Positions 1 through 11,203 of a DNA stretch of 64,000 bases are shown here, in pieces. Both the position numbers and the translations under genes were made by a program. Origin of the DNA: Sedimentisphaerales bacterium (GTDB taxonomy: Bacteria; Planctomycetota; Phycisphaerae; Sedimentisphaerales; SM23-30); the NCBI GenBank assembly GCA_963663965.2, contig CAXXFK010000028.1:64001-128000 (forward strand). The letters are read 5' to 3'. The stretch's first letter is position 1, and the number at the start of each line of letters is the position of its first letter. The notes under the pieces are model-generated. The model searched no databases and was not told where the DNA came from. It saw only the letters and a list, made by a program, of their open reading frames with translations.

Positions 1-833
1 CAGTTGGTAGAGATACATCAAATGCGATAGGTCTGGCAGCCGCTGTAATAAGCCTTAGGGACCCTGATTCTGCCATGGCAGTATTTAGTGCAGATCAGCT
101 GCTTGAGCCGGTTTCAGAGCTGCAGGCAGGAATAAACCAGGGATTTGACTATATTGAACAAAACCCAGAAGTCCTTATGACTTTGGGTATCACTGCCAAA
201 TATCCGCATACAGGTTTTGGGTATTTGAAGCATGGCGAACAAGCTCGAGGTTTTTCTAAGGTATATCGAGTTGATCAATTCAGGGAAAAGCCTGACATTG
301 AGACAGCCAGAGAGTATGTAGAATCTGGCCAATACAGCTGGAATAGCGGCATGTTTATCTGGAAGACCAGAACGATCCTTGCAGAGATTGAAAAGCTTCT
401 GCCGGAAAACTATCAAGGTCTAATTAAAATTGCTGATAGCTGGCAGACGGAGCAGAGAGATACTGTTCTGGCTGATATTTTCCCTCAGTTACCTAAGATC
501 AGTATCGATTTTGGCGTGATGGAAAAAACGGCACAGGTATTTATGTGCAAGCTGGACATAAGCTGGCAGGACGTTGGTTCCTTTGAGGCTTTGTCCGATA
601 ATATTGGGCTGGAAGATGAAAACGGCAATATTGTTGCCGGTGATGTAAAATTCAGCCAGATTGGGTCATCAAATAATATTGTCATTGGTGGTACCAATAA
701 TCATTTAATTGCGACTATTGATATGGACGATATAGTTGTAGTACATACTGAAGATGCAACTTTGGTGTGTCCAAAAGGTGAGTCTGGCAAGTTGAAAGAA
801 CTGCTGGGTTTGATAAATAGTAAATATAAATAA
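1..833 (+). CDS. manC: Mannose-1-phosphate guanylyltransferase (5'-truncated by window edge)
   Basis: Frame is open from the window start (VGRDTSNAIGLAA...); motifs TGFGY, FREKPD, WNSGMF, ISIDFGVMEK, WQDVGSF. Confidence 0.92.
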   Translation, partial: VGRDTSNAIGLAAAVISLRDPDSAMAVFSADQLLEPVSELQAGINQGFDYIEQNPEVLMTLGITAKYPHTGFGYLKHGEQARGFSKVYRVDQFREKPDIETAREYVESGQYSWNSGMFIWKTRTILAEIEKLLPENYQGLIKIADSWQTEQRDTVLADIFPQLPKISIDFGVMEKTAQVFMCKLDISWQDVGSFEALSDNIGLEDENGNIVAGDVKFSQIGSSNNIVIGGTNNHLIATIDMDDIVVVHTEDATLVCPKGESGKLKELLGLINSKYK

Positions 834-876
834 TGAGAATTATAAAATATTGAAAATGGTTTGGGGAAACTCATAA

Positions 877-1887
877 ATGAAACGTGCATTAGTAACAGGA
901 ATTACCGGTCAGGACGGGTCTTATTTAGCGGAATTGCTGCTTGAGAAAGGCTATGAAGTATATGGCATAATTCGCAGGAGTTCATCTTTTAATACGGCTC
1001 GGATCGACCATTTATATCAGGATCCGCATAAAAAAACAGCATTGAAGCTGATCTATGGTGATTTGTCAGATGGTAGTAATCTAAGCCAGATATTGAATGA
1101 TGTTAATCCAGATGAAGTTTATAATCTGGGAGCTCAAAGTCATGTGAGAGTGAGTTTTGACCAGCCGGTTTACACTGTTGATGTTGATGCACTTGGTACA
1201 TTGAGACTGCTGGAGGCGATACGTACTATGCCGAGACCGGCAAGGTTTTATCAGGCTTCAACTTCTGAAATGTACGGTAAGGTAGTTGAAACACCTCAGA
1301 CGGAAAGTACTCCATTTTACCCTCGTAGTCCTTATGGCTGTGCCAAGGTTTACAGTTTCTGGCAGACCGTTAACCATCGTGAGGCCTATGATATCTTTAC
1401 TTGTAACGGGATATTGTTTAACCATGAATCGCCAAGACGCGGCGAGACATTTGTGACCCGCAAGATTACCAGGGCGGCGACTCGTATTAAACTGGGCTTA
1501 CAGGATAAGCTTTACCTGGGTAACCTGGACTCGAAACGCGACTGGGGCTTTGCCGGCGATTACGTTGAGGCGATGTGGCTGATGCTGCAGCAGGATAAGC
1601 CGGACGATTACGTCGTTTCGACTGGTGAGACCCATTCTGTACGTGAGTTTCTGGATGAAGTATTTGGCCATTTGGATCTTAATTGGAATAAATATGTTGA
1701 GATCGACCCAAGATATTTCCGCCCAACCGAAGTTGACCTGCTTCTTGGCGACTGTACCAAAGCGAAAAAACTGTTAAACTGGGAACCAAAAGTAAGTTTC
1801 AAAGCACTAGCCCAAATGATGACCGACTCCGATATGAAGATAGCCGAGAAGGAAAAAGTGCTGGCGGAGTGTGGATCACAATTTTAA
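877..1887 (+). CDS. gmd: GDP-mannose 4,6-dehydratase
   Basis: [58 protein letters not shown]. Confidence 0.98.
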   Translation: MKRALVTGITGQDGSYLAELLLEKGYEVYGIIRRSSSFNTARIDHLYQDPHKKTALKLIYGDLSDGSNLSQILNDVNPDEVYNLGAQSHVRVSFDQPVYTVDVDALGTLRLLEAIRTMPRPARFYQASTSEMYGKVVETPQTESTPFYPRSPYGCAKVYSFWQTVNHREAYDIFTCNGILFNHESPRRGETFVTRKITRAATRIKLGLQDKLYLGNLDSKRDWGFAGDYVEAMWLMLQQDKPDDYVVSTGETHSVREFLDEVFGHLDLNWNKYVEIDPRYFRPTEVDLLLGDCTKAKKLLNWEPKVSFKALAQMMTDSDMKIAEKEKVLAECGSQF

Positions 1888-1913
1888 TGATAATGTTTTT
1901 GGAATAACACTAA

Positions 1914-3185
1914 TTGAAAAAGATTTCATTGAAAAAAAATTTTGGATGGGCGTTTGTTGGTAATATTATAAATGCTGCTGGCCAGTGGGTTATGCTTTCT
2001 GCTCTTGCTAAAATCTGTAGTGTTGAAGTTGTTGGTCTTTTTGGACTTGCGATGGCAGTAAGTACTCCGATAGTAAGCTTTACAAATCTGCAGTTAAGTT
2101 TAGTGTATGTTACTGACGTTAATGATCAATATAAATTTAGTGAATATCTTGCTTTGAGGTTACTTACTATAATATTTGCATTTATCCTGGTTTTAAGTGT
2201 AGGTATTTATAATGAGTATAAGCTGTATGTTATAATGTTGATTGCTTTCTGGTGTTTGGCTCAATGTGTGGTTAGTCTGAAAGATTTTTATCAGGGAGTT
2301 ATGCAGAGGTATGAAAGGATGGATATCTCATCACATAGTAAAACTCTGCAGTCTGTTTTATCTGTTATATCATTTGTTGGTTTTTTATATTTTACAAAAG
2401 AATTGTTGTGGTCAATTATAGCAGTTTTATTAGTCAGAGTATTTGTTCTTGTGTTTGTGGACATTCGCTATGCTAAAAAGCTTTTATTATACCATAGTAA
2501 ATGTAATAGTGTTAGATTTCTACCTGAATATGATTTTAGCAGACAGATTGCTTTGCTGAAGCTAACAATACCCTTGGGGATTGTAATTGGCATGGTTTCA
2601 TTGAATGCTAATATGCCAAGATATCAGTTGGAAAAATACCATGACGAAGCTGCGTTGGGGTATTTTACAGCATTATCAAGTTTTATTGTAATTGGTAATA
2701 TGCTGGTATTGGCAATTTCCCAGTCTTTGGCCCCTCGTCTGGCAGTTTATTACAAAGAGAATATTAAAGCTTTTGGTAAAACTCTTGTTAAGATGTTTTT
2801 TATGGGGTTAACAATTGGTCTTCTTGGAATTGTAGTTTCCGGGACTATAGGCGACAAGTTGCTGGCAGTTTTTTTTACCCAGGATTATGCTAAATATCAT
2901 AATGTTCTTGTGATGGTTATGTTGGCTGCAACTCCATACTATATATCTTCTTTTTTGAATAATGGTTTGATGGCAGCCAGGAGGCTGAGTATCCAGGTGC
3001 CTCTGAATTTGTTGTCGTTGCTAACTGTATGGCTGGCTGGTTACCTATACATTCCAAAATATGGCCAGATGGGGGCAGCGTTAGCTATATTTTGTGGCGC
3101 TATGGTTACTATGATTGGGACCATATTTTTGAATATTGTTGAATATAGAAAAAAAATCATCGTTGAAGGTGTATTATGCATTTAA
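1914..3185 (+). CDS. wzx: Wzx-type oligosaccharide flippase
   Basis: About 12 hydrophobic segments, KKNFGWAFVGN start and YIPKYGQMGAALA C-terminal motif; TTG start; polysaccharide cluster context. Confidence 0.85.
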   Translation: MKKISLKKNFGWAFVGNIINAAGQWVMLSALAKICSVEVVGLFGLAMAVSTPIVSFTNLQLSLVYVTDVNDQYKFSEYLALRLLTIIFAFILVLSVGIYNEYKLYVIMLIAFWCLAQCVVSLKDFYQGVMQRYERMDISSHSKTLQSVLSVISFVGFLYFTKELLWSIIAVLLVRVFVLVFVDIRYAKKLLLYHSKCNSVRFLPEYDFSRQIALLKLTIPLGIVIGMVSLNANMPRYQLEKYHDEAALGYFTALSSFIVIGNMLVLAISQSLAPRLAVYYKENIKAFGKTLVKMFFMGLTIGLLGIVVSGTIGDKLLAVFFTQDYAKYHNVLVMVMLAATPYYISSFLNNGLMAARRLSIQVPLNLLSLLTVWLAGYLYIPKYGQMGAALAIFCGAMVTMIGTIFLNIVEYRKKIIVEGVLCI

Positions 3186-4495
3186 TTGTTTTTTCATTTT
3201 ATTTGATCATAATTATTTTGTCTTTATTTAGATGTAGGATAGGAATGAATTGGTATTGGTTGGCGATGCTATGCTATCCGTCATGGTTACTTGTTAATAT
3301 GATGCCAATGAATATCGGTATGGATGATATTTTAATATCTGTGGTATTTATAAGTGCTGTTTGTTATTCTAGAGGGATACTGTATATAAGATATCCTGTC
3401 TATATGACGGTAATATTTTGTATACTTCTTTTCTTGGGGGATTTTAGTACTTATATTGTTAATAAAGAGTATGACAGTGAATTTATTGGACTGTTAACAA
3501 AAAAAATGCTTAAAAGTTTTGCTTTGTTTTTTACAGTATATTCGATATGTTCTAATGTGTTTTATGATGAGAGACTAATAAAGAAAAACATTAAATATTT
3601 GTTTGGTGCAATGGGTGTGTCAGGTTTTTTTGTTTGTTTTTACTCTATATTTAAAGATGCGTATAACCCTTTTCAGTATCCTTATTGGGTACTATACAAT
3701 AAGGAAGAATGGGGATTTAAAGCTTTAGGACCATTTTTAGAGCATGATATAGCGGGTGGAGTCTTGGGTTTTCTCGTCATAATTTCTTATTTTATAATTA
3801 AGAAAGGTGGAGTTGCAAAAAACCTATATTTTGCTGTTATTGGTATATTGGGGTTTGTCGCACTTCTCGTAAGTGGATCTAGGTCCGGATGGTTGTTTGT
3901 TATGACCTCAATTTTAGTTAGTATTATTTTTGATAATAATAGATTGAAGTCCATTTTGCTTGTAGTGTTAGGATTGACACTATTTATTTGGGCTTATAGC
4001 TCATTCGATTATTTTTCAAATCGGTTGGAAAAAACTGTTGATCAGTGGCAAGCTGGGACAATGCAAGAAAGAACTTCTGGAAGGTTTAACATTTGGCAAG
4101 AGCATCTTGATAATCCAAACTTTTTATGGCTTATGTTTGGAGAGGGTTTTACTAAGGAGGAAACGCACCCACATAGTAATTACATTGGAATGCTTGTTGA
4201 CATGGGGGCAGCTGGTATAATATATTGGTTTTTTTATTATATGATGATATTTAAGATGTTAAAAAGTGTTATTAAATATGAATATGATGAGTTTTTGGCA
4301 AATTTCTTTATAGGCACAAAGTGGGCATATATTGCATATTTTGTATATTTTATTACATGTACACCTATAATGTGGCCAGCGGTAAGAGTTATAGATTTTG
4401 CACTAATGAGTTTTATCTGTCTAAGACATAAACAGTTAAGCTGTACTCAATATACTATTGATGGAGATATGTGTAATGAGGAATGTAAAGCATAA
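3176..4495 (+). CDS. Wzy polymerase / O-antigen ligase family membrane protein
   Basis: Multi-TM; LLVSGSRSGW, SGRFNIW and HPHSNYIGMLVDMGAAG motifs of Wzy_C. Confidence 0.8.
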   Translation: MHLIVFSFYLIIIILSLFRCRIGMNWYWLAMLCYPSWLLVNMMPMNIGMDDILISVVFISAVCYSRGILYIRYPVYMTVIFCILLFLGDFSTYIVNKEYDSEFIGLLTKKMLKSFALFFTVYSICSNVFYDERLIKKNIKYLFGAMGVSGFFVCFYSIFKDAYNPFQYPYWVLYNKEEWGFKALGPFLEHDIAGGVLGFLVIISYFIIKKGGVAKNLYFAVIGILGFVALLVSGSRSGWLFVMTSILVSIIFDNNRLKSILLVVLGLTLFIWAYSSFDYFSNRLEKTVDQWQAGTMQERTSGRFNIWQEHLDNPNFLWLMFGEGFTKEETHPHSNYIGMLVDMGAAGIIYWFFYYMMIFKMLKSVIKYEYDEFLANFFIGTKWAYIAYFVYFITCTPIMWPAVRVIDFALMSFICLRHKQLSCTQYTIDGDMCNEECKA

Positions 4496-5666
4496 TATTG
4501 CAGTATTTATCAGTGATACCAACCCTGGTGGAACAGAGGCTTATTTAAGGTCATATATTCCACATATAAACAGGGATTTATTTAATGTTTATGTTGTGGC
4601 GACAGGTCCTGAATTGTTGGCAGATGAAATTGGTAAGTTAGGGGATAAGTATTTTAATATCAAAACCGGCAGCTTTCCAAGAATGCAAAAATTAGTCGTT
4701 GGTAAACTTACACGGGATTATATAGGCATTTTTTTATTGCCTATCTGGTTTTTTCATTCCGTTTTTAAACTTTTATTATTGGTAAGAAGAGAGAGGATTG
4801 ATTTAATACATTCTCATGGAATACATTTTAATATGGTTGCAGCTCTTGCATGTAAAATTGCGAATATACCATCTGTTTGTCATGTCCATGCCCCACCAAA
4901 GTTACGAGGAAGATTTAGTGAGTTTGGAGCAAGTGGGTATTTATTAGCTTTTTTAGCAGACAATCTGATTTCTGTTAGTGAGTTTGCTGCATCTCAATTC
5001 CATAAATCTTGGAGAAGGAAAACTACTGTTATTCCGAATTCTGTAGATTATAATTATATAAAGGATAACTTGAAGCATAATGACTTGCGGGAAATGGCTA
5101 ACTTTTCGCAGAGTGATTTTGTTGTAGGTAATGTAGCGGTTGTTCAAGATCGTAAAGGGTTAGATAGATTCTTTTTGTTGGCTGAAAAATTTCAGGATGT
5201 ACCTCAGTGCAAATTTCTATTAATTGCTGGAGTATATGACGATGTTTCAAGGTGTTTGCTTGAAACATTAAAGAAAAAGTTTGTCGCACTTCATAACATT
5301 CTAATTATAGAAAACCTAAAAGAGGCAATGTTGTATTTATGTGACCTTGATGTTTTTTTTATGTGTAGTCGTCCTGGGACAGAGACGTTTGGCTTGGTTG
5401 TTGTAGAGGCTATGGCGGCTGGCACTCCAGTTATTGCTTTTGAAAACGATGCTATGCCGGAAATTATTATAGATGGTGTTAATGGTTATTTGGTCCCGGA
5501 AGATATGGTTGATAAGGTTGCTGGTATAATTTCAGAGATGATTTTAAGAAAAGTGGATATGGTATGTTTAAAATTGGCTGCTGAAAATAGTGTACATGAT
5601 TATTTCGATGTAAAGATTATGTGTAGGAAAATTGAAAATCTCTATTGTAAAGTTTTAGGTATATGA
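4476..5666 (+). CDS. Glycosyltransferase family 4
   Basis: GGTE, DLIHSH, ETFGLVVVEAMAAGTPVI; start chosen at the ATG after GGAG. Confidence 0.9.
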   Translation: MRNVKHNIAVFISDTNPGGTEAYLRSYIPHINRDLFNVYVVATGPELLADEIGKLGDKYFNIKTGSFPRMQKLVVGKLTRDYIGIFLLPIWFFHSVFKLLLLVRRERIDLIHSHGIHFNMVAALACKIANIPSVCHVHAPPKLRGRFSEFGASGYLLAFLADNLISVSEFAASQFHKSWRRKTTVIPNSVDYNYIKDNLKHNDLREMANFSQSDFVVGNVAVVQDRKGLDRFFLLAEKFQDVPQCKFLLIAGVYDDVSRCLLETLKKKFVALHNILIIENLKEAMLYLCDLDVFFMCSRPGTETFGLVVVEAMAAGTPVIAFENDAMPEIIIDGVNGYLVPEDMVDKVAGIISEMILRKVDMVCLKLAAENSVHDYFDVKIMCRKIENLYCKVLGI

Positions 5667-6883
5667 ATTTAATTATAACATTTGAAGCACGTTTTGTTAA
5701 GGATTCCAAAGGAGATTATTATGCCAGAGGGCCAGTGACGTATGAGTTTTTGAAAAGATATTTAATGGAATTTGAACATGTTTATGTTTTTGTCCGAGTT
5801 GAGCATATTGATATGCCTGATTATTCTCAATTAACAATTGCTAGTGGTGATAAAGTATCATTCATTGAAGTTCCTTACTATGTTGGGCCAGTTAATTATC
5901 TTAAGAAAAGATTTGCGATTAAAAAAGTAGCTAGGTTAACAGCTGAGATGGAAGGTGCCGCATACATTCTAAGAGTTCCAGGCCAGATGGGGAATGTACT
6001 CGAAAGTCAGTTGAGGAAAATTGGCAAACCATATTCATTAGAGGTGGTGGCTGACCCATGGGATGTACTTTCTCCAGGTAGTGTGAAAGTTTTAGGTAGG
6101 AGTGTCTTTCGTGTTTTGGGAAGGAATAACTTATACAAACAGTGTCAAAGGGCTAAGTTGGTGTCGTATGTGACTCAATTCGGACTGCAAAATAGGTATC
6201 CTCCGAAGAATGATACTATGTTTTGTTCAGATGTTATTTTGCCTGATGATTGTTTTAGGGACGATTCTTTTATTGATATAAGGCATAATCGACTGTTGTC
6301 GAAAATCAATAAAAATGAGCCAATTAAAATATGTTTTGTTGGTGCCATGCAGTATTTATATAAGGCACCTGATATTCTGATTAAAGCAGTGGCTAAGTGT
6401 ATCAATGAATTTGGATGCAATATCAGATTAACAATTATAGGTGATGGACAGCAAGTGTCATATCTACAACAGTTGTCAGGCGATCTTAATGTTTCTGGCT
6501 GTATTGAATTTCCCGGTAAATTTCCACCTGGTGATGCTATTTTTCAACAATTTGATGATACAGATCTATTTATTCTTCCTTCTCGTCAAGAGGGCATGCC
6601 AAGGACATTGCTTGAGGCGATGGCAAGATCTACGCCGTGTTTGGCTAGTAATGTTGGTGGAATTCCAGAATTGCTTAATGATGATTATTTAGTTAAACCA
6701 GATGATGTTGATGCACTGGCAGATAAGATTTTAAGGTTTATTGAAAGACCTGCAATGTGTATTGAGATGGGTGTTGCAAATGTAAAAATTGCTAGGCAGT
6801 TTTCATTGAGTAATTTAAAAGCTAAGTGGAAAGAATTTTATTGTAAGACAAAGAACTTATATACTGAAAGTTCAGGAAAGTAA
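5663..6883 (+). CDS. Glycosyltransferase family 4
   Basis: DLFILPSRQEGMPRTLLEAMA...SNVGGIPE. Confidence 0.9.
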   Translation: MNLIITFEARFVKDSKGDYYARGPVTYEFLKRYLMEFEHVYVFVRVEHIDMPDYSQLTIASGDKVSFIEVPYYVGPVNYLKKRFAIKKVARLTAEMEGAAYILRVPGQMGNVLESQLRKIGKPYSLEVVADPWDVLSPGSVKVLGRSVFRVLGRNNLYKQCQRAKLVSYVTQFGLQNRYPPKNDTMFCSDVILPDDCFRDDSFIDIRHNRLLSKINKNEPIKICFVGAMQYLYKAPDILIKAVAKCINEFGCNIRLTIIGDGQQVSYLQQLSGDLNVSGCIEFPGKFPPGDAIFQQFDDTDLFILPSRQEGMPRTLLEAMARSTPCLASNVGGIPELLNDDYLVKPDDVDALADKILRFIERPAMCIEMGVANVKIARQFSLSNLKAKWKEFYCKTKNLYTESSGK

Positions 6884-6884
6884 A

Positions 6885-8285
6885 ATGGCATCATTTATTC
6901 AAACATTGTATAATAATTCTCCTTTATCGTTACAGAATTGTTTCGTAAGTCTTCGTGGTTTGAATTTTGTACGAAAAAGGTATGGGAAAGTTTATAATGA
7001 CACTTTGAACTTTTTAATGCGATCACAGTGGTATTCTTCTGACGAGTTCAGAATGTATCAACAGGAACAATTAAACAATCTATTGTTAAACGCAAAGAAT
7101 AATACTAATTATTATAGAGGAGTTTTAGAAAAGTATGTTGCTGGTAGTTTTTCTCTGGAAGATTTATCTGAGTTACCATTTCTTGATAAGAAATTGTTAA
7201 GGGAAAATACTGCAGATTTTACGGATAAATCTTGGGAAAAATATGGATATTTGGAGGGACATACAAGCGGTACTTCTGGTGCCCCAATGGTATGGAATTA
7301 TGATTTACATTCAATGCAGTGGGCTATGGCTTTGAGAGCTAGGCAGTATCGATGGGGAGGTGTTTCTGAGCGAGATTTGTCTGCTAGATTTAGTGGCAAT
7401 GTGATTATGGGTAAATCGAATTTATCGCCATTTTGGCGACATAATAAGTCAGAAAATCAGTACTTATTTTCTACTTATCATTTAACACAAAATAATATTG
7501 AGTTGTATTACAAAGCATTAATGGATTTTAATTTTCGCTTTTTAGATGGTTATCCTTCAGCGTTTTTTACCATAGCTAGATGGATCAATCAGAATGATTT
7601 ATCTGGAAAATGGCGGCCATGGATGATAAATACAACAGCCGAGACTTTAACTGATTACTATAGAGCTGAAATAGAAACAGCTTTTGGATGTAAGATATTT
7701 AATCACTATTCAAGTTCAGAAGGCGCTCCATTTGTAACTCAGTGTCCTGCAGGAAACATGCACCTTAATCCGGAGTCTGGAATTATTGAATTCTTAAGGT
7801 CTGACGGCAATCCTGCAGATTTAGGTGAAGAAGCAGAATTAGTTGTTACAAGCTTTTTTCAGAAGTCTTTGCCGATAATAAGGTACAGAATTGGAGATAT
7901 AGGGGCGTTAGCTGAGGAACAATATTGTCCATGTGGTAGGAAAATGCCTGTTGTTAAATATATTGGTGGAAGAGAGTCAGATACGATTTATACGTCAGAG
8001 AGAGGAAGAACCGGTAGTGCAGGGATCAGTACAGTGTTTTATTCTATTCCATCAAGAATGAAATCATCTCAATTGGAGCAAATTGATAAAGATAAATTTA
8101 TTTTTAGGTATGTTAAGCTTGATAGTTGTTTAACTGAACCGGAAAAAAAAGTGGTAATAGAGCGTTTTCAGGACCGCCTAGGAAAATCGGTTGAAATACA
8201 AGTAGAGGTAGTTGAAGAAATTAAGCCTGGAGCTAATGGAAAAATACGGTTAATCGTTGGTCTTAAGGAAAAGCTGAATGATTAA
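6885..8285 (+). CDS. Phenylacetate-CoA ligase family (CapK-like) adenylate-forming enzyme
   Basis: HTSGTSGAP P-loop, LDGYPSA, YSSSEG, RYRIGD, CPCGR, GRESD. Confidence 0.85.
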   Translation: MASFIQTLYNNSPLSLQNCFVSLRGLNFVRKRYGKVYNDTLNFLMRSQWYSSDEFRMYQQEQLNNLLLNAKNNTNYYRGVLEKYVAGSFSLEDLSELPFLDKKLLRENTADFTDKSWEKYGYLEGHTSGTSGAPMVWNYDLHSMQWAMALRARQYRWGGVSERDLSARFSGNVIMGKSNLSPFWRHNKSENQYLFSTYHLTQNNIELYYKALMDFNFRFLDGYPSAFFTIARWINQNDLSGKWRPWMINTTAETLTDYYRAEIETAFGCKIFNHYSSSEGAPFVTQCPAGNMHLNPESGIIEFLRSDGNPADLGEEAELVVTSFFQKSLPIIRYRIGDIGALAEEQYCPCGRKMPVVKYIGGRESDTIYTSERGRTGSAGISTVFYSIPSRMKSSQLEQIDKDKFIFRYVKLDSCLTEPEKKVVIERFQDRLGKSVEIQVEVVEEIKPGANGKIRLIVGLKEKLND

Positions 8286-9408
8286 AGTTGCACATACAGT
8301 AACATCATACCAGTCTGTAGTAACTATTTTAGATAGTAAACTCAGGAGTTTGAGTGAATTTCCTGATTTGGATATATCAGTGATATCTTCCCGATCCTCG
8401 GAACCGGAAACAAGAAGGCCGGCAGTTCGACATATTGAAGTTGAGATAGCTAGAAGTATTAATGTGTTTTCAGACTTAGTAAGTATATGGAAGATGTACC
8501 GAATTTTCTTAAAAGAAAAATATGATATAGTTCATTCGCATACAGCAAAAGCTGGGTTTATAACGGCCATTGCTGCAAAAATGGCAGGAATAAAACATGT
8601 TTACCATACTTCGCATGGGTTACCGTTTTATGAAAGGCAGCCAGAAAAACTGTACAGAAGATATAAAAAACTGGAAATTCTGGCATCAAGATTCCGCGGT
8701 CATTTGTTCACGCAAAATAAACGAGACTATGATTCTTGTGTTAAAATAATGGCAGGCGATCCCTCGAAAGTTTCCATAGAAGGCAACGGTGTAGATGTTG
8801 ACAGTGTTAATCTTTCATCTGTTATTAACCAAAATGCTGTGTCAGGTTTTTATCATGATAATAACGGTGTCAAAATAGCGATGCTTTGCCGTTATGAACC
8901 AGTAAAAAGAATAGAAGATTTTTTAGCCGTAATGCTTGAATTGAAAAAAAGAAATTATGTTTTTTCAGCGATTATTACTGGTAAAGGACCTTTGGAAAAT
9001 GAATTGAATGAACGCGTTACTAATTTGGGGTTAGGCGATTGTGTTTCTGTGACAGGTTATTGTGAGTATCCTCATAGTTTGCTTGGTTTGGCAGATATTG
9101 TAATGTTGTGTTCAGAAAAAGAAGGAATACCAAGGGTTCTTATGGAAGCTATGGCACTTGGAAAACCAGTTGTTGCTACTGATGTTCTTGGTACACAGGA
9201 ATTAGTATTGAATGGTGTCACTGGTTTTCTTGCTCCATTAGGAGATATTGATAAACTATCTGAATCGATTGCTATGCTAATTGATAATTCTGCGTTACGT
9301 GCAAAGATGGGGATGGCGGGTAAAGACAGGGTTATAGCGGATTTTAATGATATAAAAATAGCTAAATTTTTACATGATTTTTATAGCAGGGCCGTAAATG
9401 ATTGTTAA
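8278..9408 (+). CDS. Glycosyltransferase family 4
   Basis: DIVHSHTAKAG, EGIPRVLMEAMALGKPVVATDV. Confidence 0.9.
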   Translation: MIKVAHTVTSYQSVVTILDSKLRSLSEFPDLDISVISSRSSEPETRRPAVRHIEVEIARSINVFSDLVSIWKMYRIFLKEKYDIVHSHTAKAGFITAIAAKMAGIKHVYHTSHGLPFYERQPEKLYRRYKKLEILASRFRGHLFTQNKRDYDSCVKIMAGDPSKVSIEGNGVDVDSVNLSSVINQNAVSGFYHDNNGVKIAMLCRYEPVKRIEDFLAVMLELKKRNYVFSAIITGKGPLENELNERVTNLGLGDCVSVTGYCEYPHSLLGLADIVMLCSEKEGIPRVLMEAMALGKPVVATDVLGTQELVLNGVTGFLAPLGDIDKLSESIAMLIDNSALRAKMGMAGKDRVIADFNDIKIAKFLHDFYSRAVNDC

Positions 9409-9985
9409 ACTGGATAATACCAATTTTGCAGTAGCATCCCAGTTACATATTGAATGTATTTCATCTGGTTTTATTAGTTCTTTAGGGTTGGATTTTGTAC
9501 AGGAGTTGTATAAATCAATCTCAGAAGATAAAGGTAGCTTTGGTTTTATCTCGTACGGAACTGATTGCTCCGTTCTTGGTTTTGTTGCTTTTTCTAGTAA
9601 CTTAAGTGGATTATATAAATATGTTATTAAGAGAAAATTTATCAGGTTTGCTCCAATTATTTTTCTTAAAATGTTGAAGCTATCCGTCTTAAAAAAGATA
9701 ATTTCAAACCTTCTTTATCCGTCAAAAATGAAGAAAATGGAGCTGCCAGATGCTGAATTGCTTTCAATTGTAGTTGCTTCGGCAGGCAGGGGAAAGGGAA
9801 TAGCGGGCGATTTGGTCATGGCTGGGTTTGAAGAGTGTAGAAAGCGTGGAATTTCCCGGGTAAAAGTACTCGTAGCAGCTGATAATCAGTCAGCTAACAA
9901 AATGTATATTAAATGTGGTTTTGAGCTGTTTACTCAGATAGACAGTCATGGAGTTTTGAGTAATATATATATAGCGGAGATATAG
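9398..9985 (+). CDS. GNAT family N-acyltransferase
   Basis: ELLSIVV...GRGKGIAGDL acyl-CoA motif and NQSANKMYIKCGF. Confidence 0.85.
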   Translation: MIVKLDNTNFAVASQLHIECISSGFISSLGLDFVQELYKSISEDKGSFGFISYGTDCSVLGFVAFSSNLSGLYKYVIKRKFIRFAPIIFLKMLKLSVLKKIISNLLYPSKMKKMELPDAELLSIVVASAGRGKGIAGDLVMAGFEECRKRGISRVKVLVAADNQSANKMYIKCGFELFTQIDSHGVLSNIYIAEI

Positions 9986-11203
9986 TTGAAAGTTGTCGTA
10001 TCATTACATCATCATTTCCGTAGAACTCCTGATGGTACTGTTTATCCATATCATGTTTTCAGTTACAATTTCTGGAGACCTTATTTAGAAGTTTTTGATG
10101 AGGTCGCCGTTTTTGCCAGGCTGTCTGATGTCTCTTATATTAGTTCTTATGATTACCTGGAACCAGCAAGTGGTCCTGGAGTCAGTTTTATTGGTTTACC
10201 TGATTTTCAAGGGTTCAAGGGATTTTGGAAATCCAAACAATTTATTAAAGGGCTGGCAATTAGGACTTTTAGTGACTCTAATGCTTATTTATTAAGACCG
10301 CCAAGCGTAATCTGTGATGTTATTTGGAAGGAGTTATGTAATAGAAATTATCCATATGCTCTTGAAGTTGTTGGCGATCCGTGGGATGCCTATTCTTCAG
10401 GAAGTGTTAATACACCGTTAAGGCCAATTATTCGAAGAATAGCAACTAACCGGTTGAAAAAACAATGTAGACTTTCGCCTGTAACTTCATATGTTACAGA
10501 GTTTGGGTTACAAAAAAGATACCCCCCTGGTAACTGGAATACTAATTTTTCTGATATTATTCTTAAAAATTGTGACATTATTGGTGAAGATCAACTTAAT
10601 GCCAGGCTATCAAGGTATAGCAATTTTAAGACTGGTGATCGTATACGTTTATGTATAGTAGGCAGTCTATGGCATCTTGCAAAGGCTCAAGATGTTTTAA
10701 TTTCGGCAGTTGCACAGTGTGTTAAAAAAGACTTAAACCTGGAATTAGCAATAGTTGGTGATGGTTGTTTCAGAGAGCAGCTTCAGCAGCAGGCAGTTAA
10801 GCTGGAGATTGCTGATAGAGTTTTTTTTGTGGGCCATTTGCCACCCGGAAAAAAAGTGTTTAGCGAGCTTGATAAATCAGATATTTATGTGTTGCCTTCA
10901 CGGCAAGAGGGCTTACCAAGGTCTGTAATTGAAGCAATGGCTCGAGGTTTACCTTGTATTACAAGTAATGTTGCTGGGCTTCCAGAACTTGTTGAAAATA
11001 AGTGGTTAGTTGTTCCTGAGGATGTTTGCCAGTTAGCTGACAAGATTATGAATCTTTGTAGAGATATAAATGAACTTATAAGAGTTTCTGTGTTGAACCA
11101 TGGAATTGCTCGCAAGTTTCAATATGAAATTATTCTTAAAAAACGAATTGAAATGTATAAAAAACTAAAGCAGATTACTCAGGATTGTGCAGAGAAAAAA
11201 TAA
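9986..11203 (+). CDS. Glycosyltransferase family 4
   Basis: DIYVLPSRQEGLPRSVIEAMARGLP; paralogue of 5663-6883; TTG start. Confidence 0.9.
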   Translation: MKVVVSLHHHFRRTPDGTVYPYHVFSYNFWRPYLEVFDEVAVFARLSDVSYISSYDYLEPASGPGVSFIGLPDFQGFKGFWKSKQFIKGLAIRTFSDSNAYLLRPPSVICDVIWKELCNRNYPYALEVVGDPWDAYSSGSVNTPLRPIIRRIATNRLKKQCRLSPVTSYVTEFGLQKRYPPGNWNTNFSDIILKNCDIIGEDQLNARLSRYSNFKTGDRIRLCIVGSLWHLAKAQDVLISAVAQCVKKDLNLELAIVGDGCFREQLQQQAVKLEIADRVFFVGHLPPGKKVFSELDKSDIYVLPSRQEGLPRSVIEAMARGLPCITSNVAGLPELVENKWLVVPEDVCQLADKIMNLCRDINELIRVSVLNHGIARKFQYEIILKKRIEMYKKLKQITQDCAEKK

